Positions 36,192 to 44,693 of a stretch of DNA of 64,000 bases are shown here, piece by piece; the first letter of the stretch is position 1, and each line of letters begins with the position of its first letter. The notes below the pieces were generated by a model. That model was not told where the DNA came from and did not search any database. It worked only from the letters and a program-made list of their open reading frames with translations. The translations under genes were made by a program, and so were the position numbers. The DNA is from a virus, in IMG/VR virus record IMGVR_UViG_3300045921_000463, positions 1-64,000 of that record. One strand, written 5' to 3'.

Positions 36192-36929
36192 TCAGGGGGC
36201 AACCACGACAATGCCGGGCGAAAGCCACGAATTGCTGCTGTTCGCGTTGGTCGCGGTGACACGAACCTGAATGGTCCTGCCAAGATCACCGGGCGTCGGC
36301 GGCACCGGCGGATCGTCGTTCGGGTCTCCGGGATCGGTTACAACGAGCGCAAACGTGTTGTTCGTTGCGCCAGCCACTGCAACAGAGTTGCGGTACCACT
36401 GGTAGGCAAAGGTCGGAGTCGGGCCAGTCCACGTGCCGTTCGTGACGGAAAGCGTCTGACCTTCGTTCGGCGTACCGCTGACAGTCGGAGCCGTCAACAG
36501 TTGCGGCGGCTGCAACGCATCCTCGATGAAGTCGGAGTTCGCATCGGTCCATGTCGGCGTGTAGTTGTTGTAGGAAATGCCGAACACGCTTCCGGGGGCT
36601 GTGTCTTCCCGCAAATCCTTGATGATCCGGTCAACAAGTTTCACGATGAGTTCGCGCTTTGCGTTCGCATTGGACCAGTTAAACGAGCGATCAACCAGTT
36701 TATTCTCAAACTCGTCCAGTGCAAGTTCAAGGCCGTAGCTGCCATAATACACGTATCCGGGCTCGCCGCGAGCGGGAGGGACGGCCACGCCGGTTGCGCT
36801 TGCAAGCATGTCAAGGAGAAGCTGCCTCTTGTGAGTCGGGGCAACACCGTTTCTATGGAAGGAACGCCACGCATCGAGCTTTGCCAGTGCGTTGGTTACT
36901 GTGGCGTGCGTCAGGTCTGCCTGCGGCAT
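36192..36929 (-). CDS. Ig-like domain protein (probable virion decoration protein)
   Basis: PTVSGTPNEGQTL..TNGTW...YQWYR...GAT..T...IQVRVTATN. Confidence 0.75.
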   Translation of the reverse strand: MPQADLTHATVTNALAKLDAWRSFHRNGVAPTHKRQLLLDMLASATGVAVPPARGEPGYVYYGSYGLELALDEFENKLVDRSFNWSNANAKRELIVKLVDRIIKDLREDTAPGSVFGISYNNYTPTWTDANSDFIEDALQPPQLLTAPTVSGTPNEGQTLSVTNGTWTGPTPTFAYQWYRNSVAVAGATNNTFALVVTDPGDPNDDPPVPPTPGDLGRTIQVRVTATNANSSNSWLSPGIVVVAP

Positions 36930-37322
36930 TTCATATCCTTTCGGTTCCTGTCGGTTTTCTTTATCGTAGAATGACCGGATTTGTCTTAAACGGTTCGATA
37001 CGACATAGTGAAAGCGCGTTTGTACTTTTGCGCGTCTTGCTGACTATATAGAAACAAAGACACGGGCGCTGCCCGCATAGAAGATGCTTGTAGTCGATTA
37101 CTCGTTTACTTTATATAGCGATTTACTGTAACTGGCAACTTTTTCGTTTTTGGTTGAGTCGCTGTAACAGCGTTACAATCTTCTGCGGCTACTTTTGCCA
37201 CAAATCTTGCATGGCTTGTGTTTTTTTCTTGAATTGCGATTTCTTCGACAAACGCATGGGGCAAAAGGATACCCAGATGCAACTCTGGGCACCTTTACAA
37301 TCTTTGCTTTGGTATGCTGTAG

Positions 37323-37398
37323 TGGTCCGCCCCGCAGGATTCGAACCTGCAACCGATGGATTAGAAGTCCATTGCTCTATCCGTTGAGCTAGGGGCGG
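37323..37398 (-). tRNA. tRNA-Arg(TCT)
   Basis: CCGCCCC/GGGGCGG acceptor, ATGGA-CTTCTAA-TCCAT anticodon arm, GTTCGAATC, encoded ACCA. Confidence 0.93.
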
Positions 37399-37418
37399 GG
37401 ATATGTTCGGCAATCGCG

Positions 37419-37613
37419 TCAGTAGATGACACGCTCGCCGTTATCCTTTCTTGGTCCGCATTCGCCTGCGGATTGTCGTTCTCGCTCTACCTTGCCGAGC
37501 AAGGATTCGAAGGGCGCGGTGGCATCAACACAGGTACCGCCCTGAAACCCCTCGGCCTCGATTTTTGTCACGCCGATACTGTCGATTGTCATCACGATCC
37601 GCTGAACTGCCAT
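37419..37613 (-). CDS. DUF2997 family protein
   Basis: IDSIG.TKIEAEGFQGGTC.DAT..FE..LG. Confidence 0.85.
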   Translation of the reverse strand: MAVQRIVMTIDSIGVTKIEAEGFQGGTCVDATAPFESLLGKVERERQSAGECGPRKDNGERVIY

Positions 37614-38035
37614 TATGCTGCCCTTTCCATGACGAGAGAGACTGATCCGTTATCGTGTTTGATTCGCTGTGTGCCGAATCCGCTTTGCGCTGCCTTTATT
37701 TCTGCGGCCCGCAGTAGGTATTCCTGCGCGAGTGCGCCAACGTAGATGTTCTCGTTGTATCCGTTGTGTACGCTTCTGGCAGCGAAAACCATGTCCATTG
37801 CATACGGATCGAAAACAAGGTCATACCCGCCATCGTTGCGGCGACGAAGACCAATATCGTGAGGGCCGGGCATCACGATGCAATGGTCGCAATCGTCGGG
37901 TTGGCCCTTGAAAGTCCTGAATCTGGTTTGGTTACGTACGAGACGCGCTTTTCCATTAGACAAGTCATGTACGACTTGTTCAAGCAGTTTCAAGTCGTCG
38001 TAACGCACTTTGGACAGTACTATGTTGTGCGACAT
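37613..38035 (-). CDS. DUF1257 (Ycf35-like) protein
   Basis: MSH...D...L, DIGLRR..GGYDLVFD, L.QEY, A..SGF, GSV.LV. Confidence 0.8.
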   Translation of the reverse strand: MSHNIVLSKVRYDDLKLLEQVVHDLSNGKARLVRNQTRFRTFKGQPDDCDHCIVMPGPHDIGLRRRNDGGYDLVFDPYAMDMVFAARSVHNGYNENIYVGALAQEYLLRAAEIKAAQSGFGTQRIKHDNGSVSLVMERAA

Positions 38036-38111
38036 GGTGTGTTGGTCCGTTTCGTGGTTGTCGTGTTGTTAGTGTAGCTTGCGAGTTCTTTTGTCGCAAG
38101 CGATTATGGGG

Positions 38112-38756
38112 TTAAAGTTTCAACCTCTTTACTCTTTGGATTGCAATCGGCTTGTCCCTGACCTTGATGGTTTTTCTGATTTGCGGTTTTGCTTTTTCAA
38201 GCTCTGTGAAGCTCCATGAAGAAAGTTCGGAGTCTTTCTGCGTTGCTTCGACAACGAAGTTGCTGGTTGCTCCGAGCAACTTCTTGAACGCGGCGAGTTC
38301 GTTTGCCGTCAGCTTGTCGTGCGAAACCACTCTTTGCGCATTCCATATGAAATCGAGGTATGTCAGGTTTGCGTGCGGATGCTCTGGAAAGGAAAGCTGG
38401 GCGCGAAGCAGCGAGGCATCACGAAAGGATCGAACAAGAAGGGTTTGTGTGTCGAATTCGAATATGCCACCTGAACGTTTCTTGTAGATCAGGCACCAGA
38501 GGGCACCGGAACGAACCTCGGCCCTGTAGTAATACCAATTACCCGGAGATACTGCCAAGACGTTGCTTGCAGGCACAACCTTGTGCACCTTGTCAACTTT
38601 ACAGACATCGCCCTTGTTTGTGAGATATTTCGGATTTTCGAACAGGCCCGACTTCGGGTTATACACAAGAGCGGTAAGTGTTACCGCTCTCGGGTCGTGT
38701 CCTTGCGCTGCCCGAAAGCTGTCCGATCCTGTAACGTATTCGAATATTCCAGACAT
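38112..38756 (-). CDS. hypothetical protein
   Basis: 214-aa ORF inside the AAA module; AGGAG RBS. Confidence 0.75.
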   Translation of the reverse strand: MSGIFEYVTGSDSFRAAQGHDPRAVTLTALVYNPKSGLFENPKYLTNKGDVCKVDKVHKVVPASNVLAVSPGNWYYYRAEVRSGALWCLIYKKRSGGIFEFDTQTLLVRSFRDASLLRAQLSFPEHPHANLTYLDFIWNAQRVVSHDKLTANELAAFKKLLGATSNFVVEATQKDSELSSWSFTELEKAKPQIRKTIKVRDKPIAIQRVKRLKL

Positions 38757-38788
38757 GTATTCTCCTTGCTTGTAACACGGTTATAGAC

Positions 38789-40516
38789 TCAGTGCAACCT
38801 GTCAGGCGCTTTTTTGAGTGATGGGCGTTTTGCCGGATTGACCTTGCGTACATTATTGTACGTTTTCGGCTCCGCCGAGGCAATTCTGGCATGTGTCCGG
38901 CCCCATTCCTCGATTGCTCTGAAATCCTCTGCAAAGCTTTCTTTCAAGGGTTTCAGGTACTGTCTTTCTTTCAGAAAGTTTTTTAGCGTAAGAGTCGTGT
39001 GTCCTTCCTGATATGCGCGAATCAGGCATTGCTCGACGATGGACTCGATTTCAGCACCGACAAGGCCATCCGAGTGCGTAACCATCTGGTTTATTTCGTC
39101 TTCGATTATACGCAACTTGCGCTTTTTTGCATGAATACGAACGATTTCCTCGCGCTCGTCACGGTTAGGACTGTTTACTGCCCAAAGCTCGTCCAGACGC
39201 CCTTTTCGCATCAGTTCGGGCGGAAGTCCATGTACGCGATTTGCCGTAAAGACGATGAACACCGGACGTTCGCTCTGTTTGCGTTCCTGCATCCACGTCA
39301 AAAATGTGCCAAACACGCGCATGGACGTTCCGCTGTCGTTGTTGCCGCCGCGTGCAGTTCCTGCAAACCCCTTGTCTACCTCATCTACCATAAGCACGAG
39401 CGGTGCCATCGCGTCGATGAGTTTCAATGCGCTTCGCATCTTGCTTTCGGATTGTCCCACATACGAACCGAATACCCTGCCGATGTCGAATCGGATAACA
39501 GGAAGATCGAGTTGTGCACCCGCTGCCTTGGCGATCAAGGATTTGCCGGTTCCGGGCACACCAAGAACAAGAACGCCGCGCGACGGTGTGATGCCTTGAG
39601 CGATGGCATTTGCCTCATAGGTCAGGCGGCGTATTTCCATCCATTCCTTGTAGTTCTGCAAGCCGCCGATCTGATTTATACCGACGGGTTCCTGTAATTC
39701 CAGAACCTCGGTTTTTCGCAGAGCTTCTGTCTTGTATTGCCGTATCCAGCAACAAACATGGTCGAAACTCACGGGCGTGGGTGTTTCTCCGTTGTGCGAT
39801 GCATCCTGATGCCAATCGGTAATGGATAGAGCCAAGGCATTTTCGAACGCGGTCTTGCTCATGCCAAGACCGTTTCGGCATATGGTTCGCTTTTCGTTTT
39901 CGCTGAAATCGGGCTGGTGCTCTGGTTCAAGGTTCTCGATCATAAGATCGAACAGCATCCTGAGTTCGGTTAGCTTGGGGTATTCATATTCGATAAGGTG
40001 CAGAAACGGGGCAATGTTGTCAGGCAGGCTCGCCGTTTCCGGCATGACCATGAACAGCCGCTGATCGCTGTCATAGGCACGCTGCGCCTGCCGCCTGATC
40101 GCGGCTTCCATTTGCGGTTCTTCAAGATAATGATGCGCGTCGATCATGACATAATAGCAGTCGTCGGGGTATTGTCGAATGTCCCGATCATCGTCCGCGA
40201 TTTTTTGCAATGCCGTCGCATACGAAATGGCCGACTTGTCTTCCGAATACGGCTTTATCGGGTTAAAGGTCTTTTCCTCGCCGTCCATAAGGCTGGCAAG
40301 GTCTGAAACGATGTCTTCCTCGTATTGCGCCCAGCCCGTAAGCATGGACCACATACGAAATGCGGAACCATTGGACCGTGCAGCAAGATAGATTGTTTCG
40401 ACCACCCGAAAAACTTCGGTTACGGGGCATCGTATTGCAATTATTCCCATGCTGGCGCGCGTAGTAATGTCTATCTGCCGCCGCAGCGAATCCATCGAAG
40501 TAGATTCATTGTCCAT
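38789..40516 (-). CDS. Ycf46-like AAA+ ATPase
   Basis: IGGLQNYKEW, GVPGTGKSL.AKA, VGQSE, VDEVDKG, TAN..LPPEL.RKGRLDE; degenerate first AAA module; start trimmed to MDNES. Confidence 0.9.
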   Translation of the reverse strand: MDNESTSMDSLRRQIDITTRASMGIIAIRCPVTEVFRVVETIYLAARSNGSAFRMWSMLTGWAQYEEDIVSDLASLMDGEEKTFNPIKPYSEDKSAISYATALQKIADDDRDIRQYPDDCYYVMIDAHHYLEEPQMEAAIRRQAQRAYDSDQRLFMVMPETASLPDNIAPFLHLIEYEYPKLTELRMLFDLMIENLEPEHQPDFSENEKRTICRNGLGMSKTAFENALALSITDWHQDASHNGETPTPVSFDHVCCWIRQYKTEALRKTEVLELQEPVGINQIGGLQNYKEWMEIRRLTYEANAIAQGITPSRGVLVLGVPGTGKSLIAKAAGAQLDLPVIRFDIGRVFGSYVGQSESKMRSALKLIDAMAPLVLMVDEVDKGFAGTARGGNNDSGTSMRVFGTFLTWMQERKQSERPVFIVFTANRVHGLPPELMRKGRLDELWAVNSPNRDEREEIVRIHAKKRKLRIIEDEINQMVTHSDGLVGAEIESIVEQCLIRAYQEGHTTLTLKNFLKERQYLKPLKESFAEDFRAIEEWGRTHARIASAEPKTYNNVRKVNPAKRPSLKKAPDRLH

Positions 40517-40571
40517 GCAGGATACCGTGGTGTTTTCGTTTCGGTTTCCCGAAATATATACGTGGCACACC

Positions 40572-40636
40572 TGAAAGAAAAGAGTAAAACGCGGGGCCAA
40601 TGACTAGGTAAGGTCGTCAGCCCCGCGTCATTTTTT
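40572..40636. terminator. Bidirectional terminator-like hairpin in the leader of the AAA operon
   Basis: ACGCGGGGC/GCCCCGCGT stem with inner TGAC/GTCA; T-rich tracts on both strands. Confidence 0.6.
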
Positions 40637-40678
40637 CCAGAAGGAAACCAACAGGTATCCTTTTCAACCACAACTCAA

Positions 40679-40706
40679 ATAATACACATTCAATAATTTT
40701 TGTCAA
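40679..40706 (-). promoter_or_regulatory. Sigma70-type promoter
   Basis: TTGACA-N16-TATTAT with TG extension. Confidence 0.7.
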
Positions 40707-40777
40707 GAACTCTTTTCAACTATTTTTACACGCAATAACTGGTTATTGGCATCGGCACAGGCGACACGCACTGGCAA

Positions 40778-41866
40778 CTAGCGCAATATGTGAGGCAGCA
40801 TGTGACGTGCGACTGCCTCGATCATCGGAACAACAACCGAGTTGCCAAACTGCTTGTATGCCTGACTGTCGGAAACGACGATCCTGAACCGCGACTCTCC
40901 GGGTTTGTCGAAACCCATCAATCTGGCACATTCGCGCGGTGTGAGTCTGCGCGGGTTTGCTCCTTTGCCTCTGTTTACCAGAATGTCAGAGCCGTCCTTG
41001 TGGTACCTTGCCAACAAGGCACGTGCTACGCCGGAATTATCAACAAGGCTAAATCCGAAATTGCATCCACGAACACGCAGCTCAGCCGCACGATTTTTCA
41101 GGTATTGCCACAAACGATCACTCAGAATGTATTTCGGATTTACGCTGCCATCAGGCAGAGTGTATGGCAGTTCCGGTTCTTCCGTTCCGTCTTCTGGATG
41201 CAGGATTGTGTGTAGCTTTGGTCCATCCTGCGGCGATGGTATGTACAAATCGTCAAAACTAAACTCGCATCTTTCCCTGAAACCGACGATGATTATGCGC
41301 TCTCTGTTTTGAGGAACGTAACCGCGAGCATTGATTATGCAAGGCGACGGAACGTAATACCCAAGGTTTCTCAAGGTGTGCATAATGACGGCAAACGTAA
41401 ATCCGCCATCATGCTTTACAAGATTCTTGACGTTTTCCAGAAGGAATGCTTTTGGGCGACAATCTCTCAGTATACGCTCAATCTCAAAGAACAGGTTTCC
41501 CTGTTTTTCGCACGCAAAGCCGTGCGGCTGACCTAATGCCTTTCTGCTGCTTACACCTGCGATGCTGAACGGTTGACACGGAAAACCCGCAACAAGCACA
41601 TCGTGTTCTGGTATGTCCTTTGTTGAGACATCCCTGATGTCGCCTGCAATTTCATGCTTGTCCTGCGTAAAATTTGCTCTGTATGTCTGCTGCGCAAACT
41701 TGTTGTATTCAGACGTAAAGACACATTTTCCACCAACGGCTTCAAAACCAAGTCTGATACCGCCTATGCCCGCAAACAGATCAATGAATGTAAACGTTGA
41801 ACACTTCTTTGTCTCGAATCTGTTTCGATATGCAGCCTTGAGTCTTTTTGCCATAGCTGTCATCAA
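40778..41866 (-). CDS. dcm: C5-cytosine DNA methyltransferase (Dcm-like)
   Basis: FIDLFAGIGG, GFPCQPFS, ENV, QNRER, ARYHKDGS, RRLTPRECARLMGF, YKQFGNS. Confidence 0.93.
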   Translation of the reverse strand: MMTAMAKRLKAAYRNRFETKKCSTFTFIDLFAGIGGIRLGFEAVGGKCVFTSEYNKFAQQTYRANFTQDKHEIAGDIRDVSTKDIPEHDVLVAGFPCQPFSIAGVSSRKALGQPHGFACEKQGNLFFEIERILRDCRPKAFLLENVKNLVKHDGGFTFAVIMHTLRNLGYYVPSPCIINARGYVPQNRERIIIVGFRERCEFSFDDLYIPSPQDGPKLHTILHPEDGTEEPELPYTLPDGSVNPKYILSDRLWQYLKNRAAELRVRGCNFGFSLVDNSGVARALLARYHKDGSDILVNRGKGANPRRLTPRECARLMGFDKPGESRFRIVVSDSQAYKQFGNSVVVPMIEAVARHMLPHILR

Positions 41867-42002
41867 CCTCGCTTGACTTCTACAACAGGAGTGAAGGCAC
41901 GCTGCGGAGCAACTCCTTGCCTATATGGCATAAAATGCACTACCTTAAAACGAGTTGCCTTGCAAGACATATGCTATAACCGGTTATTACTTCCCTCGCG
42001 GT

Positions 42003-42227
42003 TTACCGATTCTTTACACACGCTGCCTCGAAGCCGATCACTACGTCTGCGCCCGCATTGCCAACCGCATCCGGCGTCTCTGGATGAGCCAGAAGCTGCC
42101 GCCTAAGGTTAGCGACATACGGGGCCAGCGGCGCGCATACTGCATCACTTGCGACGATGCGGGTCTGTGGCGCGCAAGCGGCGAATCCAGTCAGGCTCGC
42201 CAGTGTAAGTAGCAGAATTCGGCTCAT
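42003..42227 (-). CDS. o-spanin (Rz1-like lipoprotein)
   Basis: MSRILLLTLASLTGFAAC lipobox; overlaps the 3' end of the i-spanin gene. Confidence 0.7.
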   Translation of the reverse strand: MSRILLLTLASLTGFAACAPQTRIVASDAVCAPLAPYVANLRRQLLAHPETPDAVGNAGADVVIGFEAACVKNR

Positions 42228-42486
42228 CTGTTTTACTCCTTTCCTCTCTTTCAACAATAGCAGTTCGGCTTTCGGCGATTGCCTGCTCTACAGCGCCAGC
42301 AACCATGTCCCGTCGTTCTATTTCTCGCATGGCAGCCTTGCCTTGTGCTTCGATGGAACCGATTTTTCGTCCACGCCTAGTACCCAAGACAGCACCAAGC
42401 ACACCACCTAAAACAGTGCCGATTACAGTAACAACCGTTGCAAGAAACCACGTCACATTCGAACTCCTTGTGTTTGCGTCTGGCAA
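42145..42486 (-). CDS. i-spanin (Rz-like)
   Basis: N-terminal TM helix plus coiled coil, in the lysis cluster. Confidence 0.65.
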   Translation of the reverse strand: MPDANTRSSNVTWFLATVVTVIGTVLGGVLGAVLGTRRGRKIGSIEAQGKAAMREIERRDMVAGAVEQAIAESRTAIVEREERSKTDEPNSATYTGEPDWIRRLRATDPHRRK

Positions 42487-42510
42487 GTTAGAGGTTTGTC
42501 AGACCGTTGC

Positions 42511-43107
42511 TCATTCTCTTTCGAGAAGATGAAAAATAACCGCATCTGTTCTATCCGGCGTTCTCACACCGGCACAATCGTATTCCAAGTCTAGATACAA
42601 TTCTACCCTACCCGGTTGTAGTTGTTGCGGCGGTATCACGTCTAGCCGCAACCTTGTCGATTCTACCCCAATCTGTCTAACGGGGGGAATTGGTCTCCCT
42701 GCGTATGTAATTCCAGTCTCGTCTGTAAATAACGGGATTGCCTCAAGGAACCGGCACAGGGCACCTAGTCGTGTTCTCTGAATTACGAGATAAAGCTTTA
42801 CGTTATCACCTACGTAGACGGGTTCCCGGACGTAAGACAAACCGGGTGTTTGGCGAATTACACGATCTTCGCCGGTAGCGCGAGCTACATCTACGCTTAT
42901 GCTGCGTAGTGTCTGCTCCAACTCATGAATATCGTGACGAATCACGGAAATGTCGTTTGTACTATTCCAAACCGCAGTTATCTTATCCCATACAGGTGTC
43001 AGGACAAATACGAATGCGACGATCACGCTCCACAGCATACCGCGTACCAGCAGTTTCTTGGCTTCCTCGACAAAGAGTTTGCCAGTGTTCGTGATTTGCT
43101 GGTTCAT
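42511..43107 (-). CDS. membrane-anchored hypothetical protein (lysis cluster)
   Basis: TM helix, coiled coil, two-Cys beta domain. Confidence 0.7.
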   Translation of the reverse strand: MNQQITNTGKLFVEEAKKLLVRGMLWSVIVAFVFVLTPVWDKITAVWNSTNDISVIRHDIHELEQTLRSISVDVARATGEDRVIRQTPGLSYVREPVYVGDNVKLYLVIQRTRLGALCRFLEAIPLFTDETGITYAGRPIPPVRQIGVESTRLRLDVIPPQQLQPGRVELYLDLEYDCAGVRTPDRTDAVIFHLLERE

Positions 43108-43207
43108 CTGGTCTTTCCGTCAGGCAAAGGTTTCCTCTCGGTACAGGCTCGACTCGTACGCACTCTGTTTTTTTGCGATTTTGTTCAGTGACGAATCTAC
43201 GAGAAAC

Positions 43208-43438
43208 TCAGTCACCATCGCGAAAACCTCGTTCGAGCCGGTCACGCAGACCAATAAGGCCCAGACCGAGGGCGATCAACGCGGCTGGCGATGCATCGCT
43301 AGACCCGGCAAGAATTATGATAATGCGAGCCAATTCTCCAAGAGGTCTTGTAGTTGGCATTACCATTAATGCAACACCGACAGATAAGGCAAAAACTCCC
43401 GACCACCAAGTAAGCGAAGTTGGACGAATGTAACGCAT
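43208..43438 (-). CDS. putative holin
   Basis: 76-aa multi-TM protein immediately after the endolysin. Confidence 0.6.
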   Translation of the reverse strand: MRYIRPTSLTWWSGVFALSVGVALMVMPTTRPLGELARIIIILAGSSDASPAALIALGLGLIGLRDRLERGFRDGD

Positions 43439-43442
43439 GGGA

Positions 43443-44114
43443 TCAGCTCCTCTTTGTCAAGTTGATGAAAAACTGGATCAACCTAGATAGCCAACTGGAC
43501 GTTATAACCGGTTGTTGCGAAGATACAGGCACTGTGGTTGCAGGCTGCGCGCGCAACAGTTCCAGCGCTTCAACCTCGGTCAATCGTCGGATCGCTCGCG
43601 AAAAATCCACACGACCGCTTTCGTTCACTGTCCAGACCGGAATCTGGCCACTAGGGTAACGGCCATGACGGAACAGATCGCGCTCAGCTTCACGGCGCGG
43701 GATAATCGAGGCCGGTCGCCGCCAATTCATAAACGCCTCAGCCGCTGTCTCCCGCTTGCCTTCGTTCAGTTTTTGCGTCAAGGCGGCCCTCGCAATGCCA
43801 CCTGTATTGTAGTGAAACGAAACCAGCGCGTCAAACTCATGCTGAGCAAGCGGAACCTTTACAGCACGGCGCACATCTGCTTCGTAGGCAGCTATGTCAG
43901 ACGCAAATAGCCGAAATGCCTGACGGATTGCAGCATCAAGATCGGCTGGCATACCGCGCGACATTTTTTCGGGGTCCGGCGGCCCGGCTGAGGCGGTATG
44001 TCCTATTCCAAACGTCCAGACGTTTTTGCTGTCGAGATATGGTCCGGGCACTACGCCTTCGTGCCGGACGATGGCCAGCTTGCCACGGTCGGTGGTTCGA
44101 ATTGCTCCTGTCAT
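43443..44114 (-). CDS. endolysin, GH24 lysozyme
   Basis: HEG...YLD..VWTFGIGHT, FDALVSFHYNTG, RREAE. Confidence 0.93.
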   Translation of the reverse strand: MTGAIRTTDRGKLAIVRHEGVVPGPYLDSKNVWTFGIGHTASAGPPDPEKMSRGMPADLDAAIRQAFRLFASDIAAYEADVRRAVKVPLAQHEFDALVSFHYNTGGIARAALTQKLNEGKRETAAEAFMNWRRPASIIPRREAERDLFRHGRYPSGQIPVWTVNESGRVDFSRAIRRLTEVEALELLRAQPATTVPVSSQQPVITSSWLSRLIQFFINLTKRS

Positions 44115-44131
44115 TGTCCCTGCTCCCGCGT

Positions 44132-44314
44132 TTATGGTGAACCAGATAATGCCAAATCAAGCGTGAATTTCGGCAACTCCGCAAGCAATATCTCCGGGTT
44201 TAGCGACAACAAACCGCTCCGTTTATGCACCGCAACCGCCGTTTGCCAAACAATATCTTGCCATTTGGCGATTCGGGTAGTTAGGGTGAAAGCCGTAACA
44301 GCATCATCACTCAT
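44132..44314 (-). CDS. hypothetical protein (possible remnant)
   Basis: 60-aa ORF with GGAGG RBS. Confidence 0.4.
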   Translation of the reverse strand: MSDDAVTAFTLTTRIAKWQDIVWQTAVAVHKRSGLLSLNPEILLAELPKFTLDLALSGSP

Positions 44315-44693
44315 TGTCCTCCTTTACTGCTGTCGAATCCATTGCTTTCACAGCGGTGTCAACTTCGCGCCAGCCGTCGGCGCCCGGCTCCGAGACGTTG
44401 CCCGCCGTGGTGCTGGCCCATGCTTTTCCTTTGTGCCAGACCTCGAATCCCTCGGGAAAGCCGCGCGCGCCCCCGTCGGCCTCGGTGTCGGCCCCGAATA
44501 TCTGCTGCCAGTGGGGCAGATACCGACCCTCGTGATGGCGAGTCCCCAGCCTCGGCAAGTCGGCGCAATCGCGCCAGATGCCGGGCAGGCCGATGCTGGC
44601 GCAGTAGGCAGCCGCGTCGGCTTCCTCGGGCGGGATTACGATGACTTGCACCACATTTTCGTTGTCGTCCAAGCGCGCTGCATAACGTTCCAT
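44307..44693 (-). CDS. tail-fibre-associated protein
   Basis: YAARLD..NVVQVIV; V.HKGK.W.S...GNV.EPG..GW carbohydrate-binding-like tail. Confidence 0.65.
   Translation of the reverse strand: MERYAARLDDNENVVQVIVIPPEEADAAAYCASIGLPGIWRDCADLPRLGTRHHEGRYLPHWQQIFGADTEADGGARGFPEGFEVWHKGKAWASTTAGNVSEPGADGWREVDTAVKAMDSTAVKEDNE

Noticed and set aside
41886-41921. Possible SAM-type riboswitch or pseudoknot upstream of dcm (AGGCA/TGCCT, AGGAGT/ACTCCT)
   Set aside because: It lacks the SAM-II and SAM/SAH consensus as I recall them, and the loop lengths are implausible for an H-type pseudoknot; an Rfam search would settle it.
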